DNA from: a candidate division WOR-3 bacterium
GTDB lineage: Bacteria > Hydrothermota > Tepidihabitantia > B3-TA06
Length of the DNA: 64,000 nt
Direction of reading: 5' to 3'
Assembly: GCA_965649265.1 (NCBI GenBank)
Contig: CBFGKC010000006.1
Location: 1-64,000 of the forward strand
In this document: positions 25,777-36,400 of the stretch, one piece after another
Position numbering within the stretch: the stretch's first letter is position 1
Layout: the number at the start of each line of letters is the position of its first letter
The notes under the pieces: generated by a model
What the model was told of the DNA's origin: nothing
Database searches by the model: none
The model's input: only the letters and a program-made list of their open reading frames with translations
Made by a program: the position numbers and the translations under genes

Positions 25777-26247
25777 ATGAAGATAGAGAGTAGAAAACAG
25801 GGATATGGAGTTTCCAAAAGAAGCGGAGATTCTTCGCCTCGACCTCGCGGTCGGGGATTTTTTTTGCCGAGTCGCTGGAGCTTCAAGAACGGAAAACTGT
25901 CCCTGAAGTTCTACGCGCGCACGCCCAATGACCAGTGGCGCTTCAGGCGAAGCTGGATATTCCAGAAGTTTCTCAAGCACGGACTGAAGGGTGAAAATTT
26001 AACCAACAACGCATCCTCAAAAACGAGACATGGATCGGACGCCTTCTGCAGGCATGTGCGATCCATTGCAAATCCCGAGCTCTGCTACGACAGCTTCTTT
26101 TACCTGCTGGTATCGGGGTTCGGCGGTGACGCGAATCTTTTCAAGGCAGTGCGCTATGAGAGCGCGCTGCCTTTTATTTTGACCCCGACCTTGAGTCGGG
26201 GTATTTCTTTAGCATCAGAAAACGTGATAACAAAGGAGGTTCAATGA
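25777..26247 (+). CDS. Hypothetical protein
   Basis: ATG 8 nt after TTGACA-N16-TATACT (25741-25768); stop overlaps the next ATG; no recognisable motif. Confidence 0.4.
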   Translation: MKIESRKQGYGVSKRSGDSSPRPRGRGFFLPSRWSFKNGKLSLKFYARTPNDQWRFRRSWIFQKFLKHGLKGENLTNNASSKTRHGSDAFCRHVRSIANPELCYDSFFYLLVSGFGGDANLFKAVRYESALPFILTPTLSRGISLASENVITKEVQ

Positions 26248-26399
26248 ACCACATCCTGAATCTCGACGATACCGAGAGAGAACTAATCAAGGCCGAGCTT
26301 TTTGAAAGGCTCTACATGATCCTTGAAGATCGCGACGATCGTGAATCAGGGAAACTGATCGAAACGCTTCTTGCGCCTTGCGAGTGCGCAGGGGCATGA
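26244..26399 (+). CDS. 51-aa hypothetical protein (not in ORF track)
   Basis: AAGGAGG RBS; MNHILNLDDTERELIKAELFERLYMILEDRDDRESGKLIETLLAPCECAGA. Confidence 0.6.
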   Translation: MNHILNLDDTERELIKAELFERLYMILEDRDDRESGKLIETLLAPCECAGA

Positions 26400-26434
26400 G
26401 AACGAGAAACACCCAAAAACCTTTAGGAGGTACA

Positions 26435-27610
26435 ATGGGTCATAGCGCAAAAAAGGGCCGCGCTTTTGGCGCAGCCCTGACTGCATGCTTGAGCGTCCTT
26501 TTTGCAGCCGGAACGCTCAACGCAGCTTGGACGGACATTATCACCCTTAAGGGTGACTTCCGCTATCGTTTTGAGTATATAGGCGAGCAGTTTAATGTCA
26601 ACGATACTGCCGTCGCGGACACGCTCCAGACGAGATACCGCCACCGCATACGCGGACGCCTGGGCGTCGAGGCGAAGATATTTGACGATCTGAAAGCCTA
26701 CGTCGGCCTCTCGACCGGAGATGCGGACCCGGTTTCCACGAACCAGACTCTCACGTCTGGTTTCACGCACAAGCCCGTAATGCTCGATCTCGCGTATTTC
26801 GAGTACAAACCGTCCTTCGTTCCCGGTCTCTGGGCGACGGGCGGAAAGATAAAGAAGCCCTGGACGATGTCGTCAGACCTCGTCTGGGACTCGGACCTCA
26901 ATCCCGAGGGCATGGCGTTGGGTTACAACGCTGCGTTCGGAGCCTTCAGTCCGTTTGCCGACGCGAGCGGACTCTGGGTCATGGAGAACTCAAAGGATAA
27001 AAACGACATATACCTCTACTCCGGCCAGCTCGGAACGAGGGTTTCATTCGCGCCCGGCTACGGCATCACGCTGGGCGGTTCGTATTACACGTACGCAAAC
27101 ATCTCGGGCGCCAGGGTCATAGACTACTCGGGTTCGCAGTCCGGATTCGGCAACTCGACTTGGGACAAGGACACCACGGCCGCGGGAAAGGACATTCGCT
27201 ACACTTACGGCTATAAACTCGCGGAAGGCTTCGGCGAGATAGGCCTTAACACCACGGGCTTGCTCTCGGTGACCCTATACGGCGACTTAGTGATGAACAC
27301 GGCCGCTGACAGCCTTAATACGGGCTACCTTGCGGGCGTAAGGATAGGAAAGGCGTCCGCTCCGGGGACGTTCGAGATAGACGCCAACTATCGTTTCATA
27401 CAAAAGGACGCCGTGCTCGGCGCCTTCACGGACTCCGACCAGCGCGGCGGCGGAACGGACGGTTCGGGCTTAAAGGTATCCGCGAAATATCAATTCAAAT
27501 ACTTTCAACCTGCAATCACCTGGTTCCACGACGTGAAGGGTCTCGGGACAGGCGCAACGAACGGTCTCGCATACGACCGTCTGCAGGCCGACATCAACTT
27601 CAAGTTTTAA
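26435..27610 (+). CDS. Putative porin (probably phosphate-related)
   Basis: Signal peptide, GDFRYRFE, R.RIRGRLG, DPVSTNQTL, LVWDSDLNPEG, C-terminal LQADINFKF; AGGAGG RBS. Confidence 0.85.
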   Translation: MGHSAKKGRAFGAALTACLSVLFAAGTLNAAWTDIITLKGDFRYRFEYIGEQFNVNDTAVADTLQTRYRHRIRGRLGVEAKIFDDLKAYVGLSTGDADPVSTNQTLTSGFTHKPVMLDLAYFEYKPSFVPGLWATGGKIKKPWTMSSDLVWDSDLNPEGMALGYNAAFGAFSPFADASGLWVMENSKDKNDIYLYSGQLGTRVSFAPGYGITLGGSYYTYANISGARVIDYSGSQSGFGNSTWDKDTTAAGKDIRYTYGYKLAEGFGEIGLNTTGLLSVTLYGDLVMNTAADSLNTGYLAGVRIGKASAPGTFEIDANYRFIQKDAVLGAFTDSDQRGGGTDGSGLKVSAKYQFKYFQPAITWFHDVKGLGTGATNGLAYDRLQADINFKF

Positions 27611-27622
27611 GGAGGAATTGCA

Positions 27623-28483
27623 ATGAAATCATTAGGCACTTTAACATCGAACCTGGTGAAGGGCATCCTTGTCGCGGCTGCGGCACTTGCCTTTACGGGA
27701 GCGAAGAATTCAAACGAACTCCGAATCAAGGGCTCGGACACGATGGTCAACCTCGCGTCGGCCTGGGCCGAGGAATACATGGCGAAGAACTCCTCGGCCT
27801 ACGTCTCCGTTGACGGAGGCGGTTCGGGAACCGGCATCGCCGCCCTCATCAACAAGACCGTCGATATCGCGACGGCGTCCCGCGAGATTAAGCAGAAGGA
27901 AAAGGAATCGGCCGCTGCAAACTACATCAACCCTGTCGAGACTAAAGTCGCCCGTGACGCCATCTCCTTCATAGTGAATCCTTCGAACCCCGTCACGGAA
28001 CTCACAATAGATCAACTCGCGAGGATCTACACGGGCGAGTACACCAACTGGAACCAGGTGGGCGGTCCGAACCAGAAGATCACCCTCTGCTCGCGCGAGA
28101 ACACCTCCGGCACCTACGCGTTCGTGCAGGAGTTCGTGATGAAGAACAGGAATTACGCGCAGACCGCCCTCCTTTTGCCCTCCAACGCTTCGATAGTCCT
28201 GGAGGTCGAGAGCAACAAGTGGGCAATAGGCTATGTGGGGCTCGGCTACCTCGTTGAAGCCGGCAACAAGGTCAAGGCGCTGGGCGTAAAGAAGACCTCC
28301 TCCTCCCCCTCGGTTATGCCGTCGGAGGTGAACGTGAAGAACGGCACGTACGCGGTAGCGCGATACCTTTATTTCTATACTCCGGGCCAGCCCGCGGGTC
28401 TTGTCAAGAAGTTCATAGACTTCGTTCTGAGCACTGAGGGTCAGAAGATTGCCCAGGATGCGGGCTTCGTGACCCTCAAGTAA
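27623..28483 (+). CDS. pstS: Phosphate ABC transporter substrate-binding protein
   Basis: IKGSDTM, GGGSGTGIAAL, SRENTSGT, AIGYVGLGY. Confidence 0.92.
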   Translation: MKSLGTLTSNLVKGILVAAAALAFTGAKNSNELRIKGSDTMVNLASAWAEEYMAKNSSAYVSVDGGGSGTGIAALINKTVDIATASREIKQKEKESAAANYINPVETKVARDAISFIVNPSNPVTELTIDQLARIYTGEYTNWNQVGGPNQKITLCSRENTSGTYAFVQEFVMKNRNYAQTALLLPSNASIVLEVESNKWAIGYVGLGYLVEAGNKVKALGVKKTSSSPSVMPSEVNVKNGTYAVARYLYFYTPGQPAGLVKKFIDFVLSTEGQKIAQDAGFVTLK

Positions 28484-28519
28484 AAATGGAAAAAGACCTT
28501 GAGCACTTGCTCTTTACAT

Positions 28520-28545
28520 GGAAGGCGGCATCCGTGCCGCCTTCC
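28520..28545 (+). terminator. Stem-loop after the first pstS
   Basis: GGAAGGCGGCA-TCCG-TGCCGCCTTCC. Confidence 0.5.
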
Positions 28546-28607
28546 GGGAAGGTTTCAAGGAAGCGCGACGCTCATGAATGTTGTCATAATCACGGAGGAT
28601 CTGCATA

Positions 28608-29069
28608 ATGAATTCCGGATCAAGGATTCATGCAAAGGATGTGTATTATTCCCTCAAGGCTCTCTGCCTGGGCATTGACAGTTATACCAGGGAGTACATT
28701 ACACTTTGCGATGAAGTTGTAGCCGTGGTCTTGAAGAGGGAGTGGATGGAGAAGAACAGCGATGTCTCTGACATGGAACTCGTAAGGCAGATGAAATGGA
28801 TCTTGAATCAGTTCGACGATGAATTTTTGCGGAACAGGGCTTTGAAGAATGAACATCTCTATCGTCTGATGGCATGGCTCGAATCAACAACAAACGAATC
28901 TTTCTGTAAAGAGCCGGGCAGTTGCCAAAAATCATGCGCTTGCCACAAACCATCCGGTAGAACTCCGAATGAGCCTGGAGATTTTGGGGGGCCGGACAGG
29001 GATGCCGTAACGATGCGCGGGGATGATTTCAATATGACAGGCTTGCTTGAAAGAGTGAGCTTGACTTGA
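28608..29069 (+). CDS. Hypothetical protein with Cys-rich patch
   Basis: GGAGG RBS, 153 aa, FCKEPGSCQKSCACH. Confidence 0.6.
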   Translation: MNSGSRIHAKDVYYSLKALCLGIDSYTREYITLCDEVVAVVLKREWMEKNSDVSDMELVRQMKWILNQFDDEFLRNRALKNEHLYRLMAWLESTTNESFCKEPGSCQKSCACHKPSGRTPNEPGDFGGPDRDAVTMRGDDFNMTGLLERVSLT

Positions 29070-29111
29070 ATAAAGGATTGAAGAAACTATCACAAAAGCC
29101 AAGGAGGAATA

Positions 29112-29963
29112 ATGAAGATCAAGAATCTCTTTACAATCCTCGTTTCGGCGGCAGTACTCACAACTGCTACCGTCTGCAAAAAGAAGGAGTCGCAGTCCAT
29201 AACGATCAAGGGGTCGGACACCATGGTGAACCTCGCATCAGCATGGGCCGAGGAATACATGCTCGAAAACCCCAAGGTCTCTATTTCCGTTGACGGCGGG
29301 GGATCGGGTACAGGCATTGCGGCACTCATAAGCGGAACCACGCAAATCGCGTCGGCCTCACGCAGCATCAAGGCCTCGGAGATAGATCAGGCGAAGGCCA
29401 ACGGTATCACACCCGTCGAGCATACGGTCGCGCGCGACGCCATCTCGGTCATTGTCAATCCGGCGAACCCTGTAAAGGAACTCACGATCCAGCAGATCGG
29501 CGGCATCTACACCGGTAAGATAACCAACTGGAGCCAGGTAGGCGGACCCGACGAGCGCATCACCGTGCTCTCGCGCGAGAACTCTTCCGGTACTTACGCC
29601 TTTTTCCAGGAGCACGTACTCGAAAACAAGGACTACACAAAATCCGCGCTCTTCCTCACCTCCAACGCCACCATCGTGCAGGAAGTCTCCAGCAACAAGT
29701 GGGCGATCGGCTACTGCGGGCTCGGCTACCTTCTTGAGGCAAAGGGTAAGGTCTCGGCACTCGCAGTCATGCCTGCTCCCTCCACCCCCGGCGTCGTGCC
29801 TTCCGAGGAAACCGTGAAATCCGGCTCGTACTCAATAGCCAGACCGCTCTACCTCTACACGGCAGGCAACCCCGAAGGTCTGGTGAAGAGCTTTCTCGAC
29901 TTCGTGATGAGCGAGAAGGGCCAGAAGATCGTCGAGGAAACCGGATTCGTGACGGCAAAATGA
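29112..29963 (+). CDS. pstS: Phosphate ABC transporter substrate-binding protein (second copy)
   Basis: IKGSDTMVNL, GGGSGTG, SRENSSGT; highly similar to 27623..28483. Confidence 0.92.
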   Translation: MKIKNLFTILVSAAVLTTATVCKKKESQSITIKGSDTMVNLASAWAEEYMLENPKVSISVDGGGSGTGIAALISGTTQIASASRSIKASEIDQAKANGITPVEHTVARDAISVIVNPANPVKELTIQQIGGIYTGKITNWSQVGGPDERITVLSRENSSGTYAFFQEHVLENKDYTKSALFLTSNATIVQEVSSNKWAIGYCGLGYLLEAKGKVSALAVMPAPSTPGVVPSEETVKSGSYSIARPLYLYTAGNPEGLVKSFLDFVMSEKGQKIVEETGFVTAK

Positions 29964-30044
29964 AAATGTCGGTAAATCTTTACCTTTTAATTCTTCGCCC
30001 GCTCGCAGATGTTTTATCCCGGGGCAGGCGATGAGGCTCGAAGC

Positions 30045-30932
30045 ATGAAGGCTAAACGCGCGGCCTGGCAGGACGCGGCGATCAGGGTGCTCCTCACCGC
30101 CGCAGGTTCGACAAGCATCCTAATAGTCATCCTCATATTCATCTTCCTGTTTCGCGAAGCGTTGCCCTTCTCGTGGAAACCCGGGCTCGACAAGCTCTTC
30201 TCGGGAAACTGGATTCCCACCTCGCCCGTAAAGGAGCAGTTCGGGGTATTTCCCCTGGTCACCGGTTCACTTCTTGTCACTTTCATCGCGACCGTTATCG
30301 CGGTGCCTTTCGGAATATGCGCCGCCGTCTACATCTCGGAAATAGCTACAACCCCTGAACGCGAGTTCTTCAAGCCTTTCATCGAACTCCTTGCGGGCAT
30401 CCCTTCGGTGGTCATCGGCTTCTTCGGGCTGGTCGTTCTCGCACCCCTGGTGCAAAAGGTCTTCCATCTCGATTCCGGGCTCAACGCCCTGACGGGCGCG
30501 CTGCTCCTGGCGCTCATGGCGTCACCGACGATAATCTCCATCTCCGAGGACGCTATACGTTCGGTTCCACGCTCGTACAAGGAAGCCTCGCTCGCACTCG
30601 GCGCGAGCAAGATACAGACCGTCTGGAAGGTCACGGTACCGTCCGCGCTTTCGGGAATAATAGCCGCCGTCATGCTCGGAATGGGCCGCGTGATAGGCGA
30701 GACCATGGCCGTTCTCATGGTGACGGGCAATGCGCCCGTGATGAGGTTGAATCCCTTCCTTTCCGTGCGAACGATGACCGCGACCATTGCCGCCGAGATG
30801 GGCGAGGTGGCCTTCGGAAGCGACCACTACCGCGCGCTGTTCTGGATCGGCATCCTTCTCCTTCTCTTCACGTTCGGACTCAACATTATAGCGCAGCGCG
30901 CGCTTCGCAAATTCGGGAGCACTCGCAGATGA
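30045..30932 (+). CDS. pstC: Phosphate ABC transporter permease PstC
   Basis: ELLAGIPSVVIG, EASLALGAS, GRVIGETMAVLMV.GN; alternative start at 30009. Confidence 0.93.
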   Translation: MKAKRAAWQDAAIRVLLTAAGSTSILIVILIFIFLFREALPFSWKPGLDKLFSGNWIPTSPVKEQFGVFPLVTGSLLVTFIATVIAVPFGICAAVYISEIATTPEREFFKPFIELLAGIPSVVIGFFGLVVLAPLVQKVFHLDSGLNALTGALLLALMASPTIISISEDAIRSVPRSYKEASLALGASKIQTVWKVTVPSALSGIIAAVMLGMGRVIGETMAVLMVTGNAPVMRLNPFLSVRTMTATIAAEMGEVAFGSDHYRALFWIGILLLLFTFGLNIIAQRALRKFGSTRR

Positions 30933-31780
30933 GCAAGAGAAGAACCTTATCTGACGGCCTCGTGCGCTGGGCAATACGAATCGCCACTTACCTGATCGTC
31001 ATCGTTGTCGGCTATATACTTGTGGACATCATCATAAAGGGTCTGCCCGCAATCAACTGGGAGTTCCTGTCCTCTTTCCCCAAGCGGCGCGGAACCCAGG
31101 GCGGCATATTCCCGGCCATAATGGGAACGCTTTTCCTCGTCACAGGGACCATTGCGGTGGCCCTCCCCCTGGGTGTGGCCAGCGCAATCTACCTCACCGA
31201 GTACGCACGGGACAACCGCTTTACGAGGACAATCCGACTCGCCATCGTTACCCTTGCGGGCGTCCCGTCAATAGTTTTCGGCCTGTTCGGACTCGGGCTT
31301 TTCGTTCTCTTCCTCGGGTTCGGACCGTCCATCCTCGCAGGGAGCCTGACGCTGGCCTGCATGATTCTTCCCACGATCATCGTCGCATCTGAAGAGGCGC
31401 TCAAGGCCGTGCCACAAGCCCTTCGCGAGGGGAGCCTTGCCCTGGGCGCCACCAAGTGGCAGACCATACGCAAGAACGTTCTACCCTACGCGGTTCCGGG
31501 AATTATCACCGGTTCGATTCTCGGCATAGGCCGTGCCGCGGGCGAGACCGCGCCCATCCTTCTTACAGTGGCCGCGTTCTTCATGCCCAGGCTTCCTCAG
31601 GGAATCCTTGACAAAGTAATGGCGCTTCCGTATCACCTTTTCGTCCTGGCCACTCAGGTGCCCGACGCGCCGGAATCGTACAAATACGGAACCGCGCTCG
31701 TGCTTGTCGCGCTCGTTCTGGGAATCAATCTTATAGCAATAATCATACGCATCCGAATGAGGAGAAAGACCAGATGGTAA
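30929..31780 (+). CDS. pstA: Phosphate ABC transporter permease PstA
   Basis: [31 protein letters not shown]. Confidence 0.93.
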   Translation: MSKRRTLSDGLVRWAIRIATYLIVIVVGYILVDIIIKGLPAINWEFLSSFPKRRGTQGGIFPAIMGTLFLVTGTIAVALPLGVASAIYLTEYARDNRFTRTIRLAIVTLAGVPSIVFGLFGLGLFVLFLGFGPSILAGSLTLACMILPTIIVASEEALKAVPQALREGSLALGATKWQTIRKNVLPYAVPGIITGSILGIGRAAGETAPILLTVAAFFMPRLPQGILDKVMALPYHLFVLATQVPDAPESYKYGTALVLVALVLGINLIAIIIRIRMRRKTRW

Positions 31781-32607
31781 AAGAAGCAAGAAAAATCACA
31801 ATCTCCACCGCAGTGTCGCCCTCTCGGGGCGACGGCATCACTTTTCCCGAATCCAGGGTGGCCATTCGCTCTGAGGATTTGAATTTCTTCTACGGTTCGC
31901 AGCAGGCCTTGTTCGACGTAACGCTGGATGTTCCCTCAAGACAGGTCACCGCGCTCATCGGGCCCTCCGGCTGCGGAAAGTCCACGTATCTGCGGACCCT
32001 TAACCGCATGAACGACATCATTGCCGGAGCAAGGGTCACGGGCAGGGTTTTCATTCAAGGCGAGGACATCTATTCGAGGAACGCCGATGTCGTCGCGCTC
32101 CGCAAGAAGGTCGGTATGGTATTCCAGAAGTCCAACCCCTTCCCTAAATCCATCTTTGAGAACGTCGCGTACGGGCCAAGGATTCACGGCGAAAGAAACA
32201 AACGCAATCTCGGAGAAATCGTCGAACGAAGCCTCAAGCGCGCCGGTCTATGGGAAGAGGTCGAATCAAGACTCGACAAGAACGCACTCGATCTCTCGGG
32301 CGGCCAGCAGCAGCGTCTTTGCATCGCCCGAGCGCTCGCAATTGACCCCGAGGTCCTTCTCATGGACGAGCCCACTTCCGCGCTCGACCCGAAAGCAACC
32401 GCGCGCGTCGAGGATCTTATCGGCGAACTCGTAAAGGACTACACCATCATCATCGTCACCCACAATATACAGCAGGCCGCCCGCGTTTCCGCCTATACCG
32501 CTTTCCTCTATGAAGGAAGGCTCATCGAGTTCGGGGTTACCACCAAGATGTTCACGAGACCGGCGGAAAAGCAGACGGAAGATTATATAACGGGCCGATT
32601 CGGCTAA
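31774..32607 (+). CDS. pstB: Phosphate ABC transporter ATP-binding protein
   Basis: [36 protein letters not shown]. Confidence 0.96.
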   Translation: MVKEARKITISTAVSPSRGDGITFPESRVAIRSEDLNFFYGSQQALFDVTLDVPSRQVTALIGPSGCGKSTYLRTLNRMNDIIAGARVTGRVFIQGEDIYSRNADVVALRKKVGMVFQKSNPFPKSIFENVAYGPRIHGERNKRNLGEIVERSLKRAGLWEEVESRLDKNALDLSGGQQQRLCIARALAIDPEVLLMDEPTSALDPKATARVEDLIGELVKDYTIIIVTHNIQQAARVSAYTAFLYEGRLIEFGVTTKMFTRPAEKQTEDYITGRFG

Positions 32608-32616
32608 GGAGGAAGA

Positions 32617-33312
32617 ATGTCAAGACACCTTGAAAGAGAGATTGCAAGGCTCAAGAAAAAGATTTTGAAGCTCGGTAAAACCGTCGAAGAAAGCATCATG
32701 AACGCCATTCTCTCCGTAAAAAAGCGGGATGCCGCGCTCGCCAAGAAAGTCATAGAGAACGACATTGAGATAGATAAAATGGAAGTGGAAACCGAGGAGG
32801 AATGCCTCAAAATTCTCGCCCTTCACCAGCCGGTGGCCATCGACCTCCGGTTCATTATCGGCGTTCTCAAGATGAACAGCGACCTCGAGAGGATGGCCGA
32901 TCTCGCGGCCAACATTGCCGAAAGGTCTCTCGACCTGGCCGGCCACAAGGGAAAGATAGACGTTCCTGATGACATCTTCGTTATGGCAGGAAAGGTCAAC
33001 AAGATGGTCGAGAAGGGGCTTAAGGCGATGATAAACATGGATGTCGCCGGGTCGCGCGAGGTCTGCAGCGATGACGACGAAGTCGACGATCTGCACAGGA
33101 AGATATTTGCAGACGCAAGGCGGCTCATGGAGAAAGACAAGACAAAGGTGGAGTCGACCATAACCATCCTCTCCATTTCCCGCTACCTTGAAAGGATTGC
33201 CGACCACGTGACCAACATCGCCGAGGATGTAGTATACATGGTAGAAGGCATCATTCACAGGCATACCTACAAACTGGATAAAACCCAGGAGAAATCTTGC
33301 AGGTCTGAATAG
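32617..33312 (+). CDS. phoU: Phosphate signalling protein PhoU
   Basis: HQPVAIDLR, DLERMADLA.NIA, LERIADH.TNIAE. Confidence 0.95.
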   Translation: MSRHLEREIARLKKKILKLGKTVEESIMNAILSVKKRDAALAKKVIENDIEIDKMEVETEEECLKILALHQPVAIDLRFIIGVLKMNSDLERMADLAANIAERSLDLAGHKGKIDVPDDIFVMAGKVNKMVEKGLKAMINMDVAGSREVCSDDDEVDDLHRKIFADARRLMEKDKTKVESTITILSISRYLERIADHVTNIAEDVVYMVEGIIHRHTYKLDKTQEKSCRSE

Positions 33313-33388
33313 GGACCTTATAAGAGCCATGTATCGAGTTCACTCGACTTAAGACTCACCCCCCCGCCCTTTTCGGAAGATATTTACC

Positions 33389-33416
33389 TTGACATGGCCT
33401 TAAATCCCTACATAAT
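33389..33416 (+). promoter_or_regulatory. secA promoter
   Basis: TTGACA-N16-CATAAT, 9 nt before the ATG; no SD. Confidence 0.55.
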
Positions 33417-33425
33417 TAGAGTCTT

Positions 33426-36400
33426 ATGGCAAACTTCTTAGGAAAGATTTTCGGAACAAAACAGGAACGTGAGGTCAAGAGGATGACGCCTGTTGTCGAT
33501 GAGATCAATGAGATTCTCGTTGCCCTTCATGACTACAGGTCTAACCCGGTGCCGATAACACATCTTACAGGCATGAAGGAGGACGAGGTAAGGAGCCAGG
33601 CGCATGAGTTCGAGCGCCGCTGGAACGATTTTATCAAGAACATACCTCCCGAGGACCCGGAAAGACCGAAGAAAATTCGCGAGGCGGAGGAGAAAGCGGC
33701 CGAGTGGTTTTCTGAAAATGATAAAGGCGAAGCGCCGGAGTTTGACTGGCGGGCGATATACTGGGGCATAGAGCAGGAGGTGCGGTCCGTAAATTCGTGG
33801 GCCGCAGCGGGTGACGACTGGATTTGTGAGCATCTTGAGGATACGGTCGGGAAACCTTTATATAAAGTCCTGAAAGAGGAACTCGAAAAAAAGCAAAAGG
33901 GAGCTACGAAGTTATGGCTTGAGGCAAAGAAGCAGCTTCAGGCGAGAATCCGTCCCGCGATTGTCGCCCGGACACGAGCGTGGCAGAAGAAGTTCAAAGA
34001 CTTGACTCTTTCTATCCAGGAAGAAGCAAAAAAAGTGGATGAGACAGAGCGCAAAGAATTCTGGAAGAGGCGCGCCCTGGAAACGCTCGAGCCCATAATC
34101 GTGGAGGCCTTCACGATGGTTCGCGAGGCGTGTTACCTGCTTCTCGGAAACGTCTGGAACGTTCGCGGATTCGACACGGAGTGGGACATGTTCCCCTTCA
34201 ACGTGCAGGTAATCGGCGGACTTGCCCTTCACGAGGGCAAGATAGCCGAGATGAGAACGGGCGAGGGAAAAACACTCGTGGCGACGATGCCTCTTTATCT
34301 CAACGCCCTGATGGGACGCGGCGCTCACCTCATAACCGTAAACGACTACCTCGCTGCCCGTGACCGCGAGTGGATGGGCTCCATATACGAATATCTTGGG
34401 CTTACCGTGGGCGTCATCCAAACGGGCATGAATCCTGCGGAGCGCAAGCCCATGTACGAAGCCGATATCACCTACGGGACCAACAACGAGTGCGGTTTCG
34501 ATTACCTTCGCGACAACATGGTAATATCCCTTTCCCACAAGGTTCAACGCGCTCACGCCTATGCGATAGTCGACGAGGTTGACTCGGTTCTCATAGATGA
34601 GGCAAGAACGCCTCTCATCATCTCCGGTCCAACTGAATACGTGGACAGGGGGTACGCCCGTTTCAAGCCGGGGGTCGAAAAACTCTTCCGGCTGCAGCAG
34701 GGGCTTTCCAACGAACGGGTGAGCCAGGCAGAGAAGCTCATGGAGGAGGAGAAGGATATGGAGGCGGGGCGTGTGTTGCTCATGGTTCGCCGCGCGACAC
34801 CGAAGCATAAGCGGTTGCTTCGTATAGAAAAGGAAGGCCCCATGAAGCGTCTTATAGACGACATGGAACTTGCCCTGATGCGGGACAAGAAAATGCACGA
34901 GATCGACGAGGAGAACTATTTCACTTACGACGAGCACAATCGCGCGGTCGAGCTGAACGAGAAGGGACGCGAGATATTAAATCCGCAGGATCCAGAGGCG
35001 TTTACCTTGCCTGATCTTTCGACCGGCCTCGCGGAGATTGATAAGAGGGAGGATGTGCCCGTTCAGCAGAAGCTGAAATTAAAAGAGGCGCTTTACGAAG
35101 AGCATGCGCGCAAGAGCGAGATGCTCAACAACTATCATGCGCTGCTCAAGGCCTACGTGCTCTTTAACCGCGACGAGGATTATATCGTGGACGGCGGAAA
35201 AGTAGTCATCGTCGATCCTTTTACCGGCAGGCCTCAGCCCGGCAGGCGTTACTCCGACGGTCTGCACGAGGCACTTGAAGCGAAGGAGAGCGTTCAGGTT
35301 CAGGAAGAGACCCAGACTGTGGCATCAATCACCCACCAGAATTACTTCCGCATGTACGAAAAGCTCGCCGGCATGACAGGTACGGCTCTTACCGAGGCCT
35401 CTGAGTTCTGGAATATCTACAAGCTCGAGGTTCTCGAAATTCCCACAAACAAACCGGTGCGCAGACTCGATTATCCCGACATAGTCTACAAAACAAGGGC
35501 GGAGAAATACTCGGCGGTTATCGAAGAAATAGAAACGCTGCACAAATCGGGCAGGCCCGTGCTCGTCGGCACCACGTCCGTGGACGTTTCAGAAACACTT
35601 TCCCGAATGCTCAAACGTAAGGGAATTAACCACAACGTCCTCAACGCAAAGCAGCATCAGAGAGAGGCCGAGATTGTAAAAGACGCAGGCAGGCTCAACA
35701 GCGTGACCATCGCGACCAACATGGCAGGCCGCGGAACGGACATCAAACTGACACCCGAGGTCATGGACGTTGAAACCAGATGCAAGATACAGGATGCCGA
35801 GTTTGAAACCGACATCGATCGCATGAGGCGTTCGAAGGACTGCGACGAGGAGTATCCGACGGGGCTGATCATCATCGGTACCGAGCGCCACGAATCGCGG
35901 CGAATAGACAACCAGCTTCGCGGGCGTTCGGGTCGTCAGGGGGACCCGGGGGCGTCTCAATTCTTCCTGAGTCTGGAAGATGATCTTTTAAGAATCTTCG
36001 GCGCGGACAGGATGAACCAGGTCATTGAGCGTTTCGGCGGCAAGGAGATGGAACCTGTATCCTCGCCGTTCGTCACGACCGCTATCGAGAGCGCCCAGAA
36101 GAGGGTTGAGCAGAACAACTTCGAGATTCGCAAGAGGCTCTTGGAATACGACGACGTGATGAACAAGCAGCGCGAGGAGATATATGCCACTCGTGACGAG
36201 ATTCTTGCAGGCGAAGATCTTGACGGTCTGTGCCGTTTCATTTTCGGAGAGGTGATCGAGCAGCTCGTCGCCGAAAGGTGCCAGAGCCGCAACGGAGAGG
36301 AGTGGGAGTGGGAGGGTCTCGTGTCCGATTTCGTGAGCTATTTCATGCTCGATTTCCCGGTTCCCTCGCCCGATGAGCAAGCAAGAGTTAAGCGTGATGA

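Noticed and set aside
25635-25886. Extended N-terminus of the L,D-transpeptidase
   Set aside because: It crosses divergent promoters; the lipoprotein signal begins at 25634
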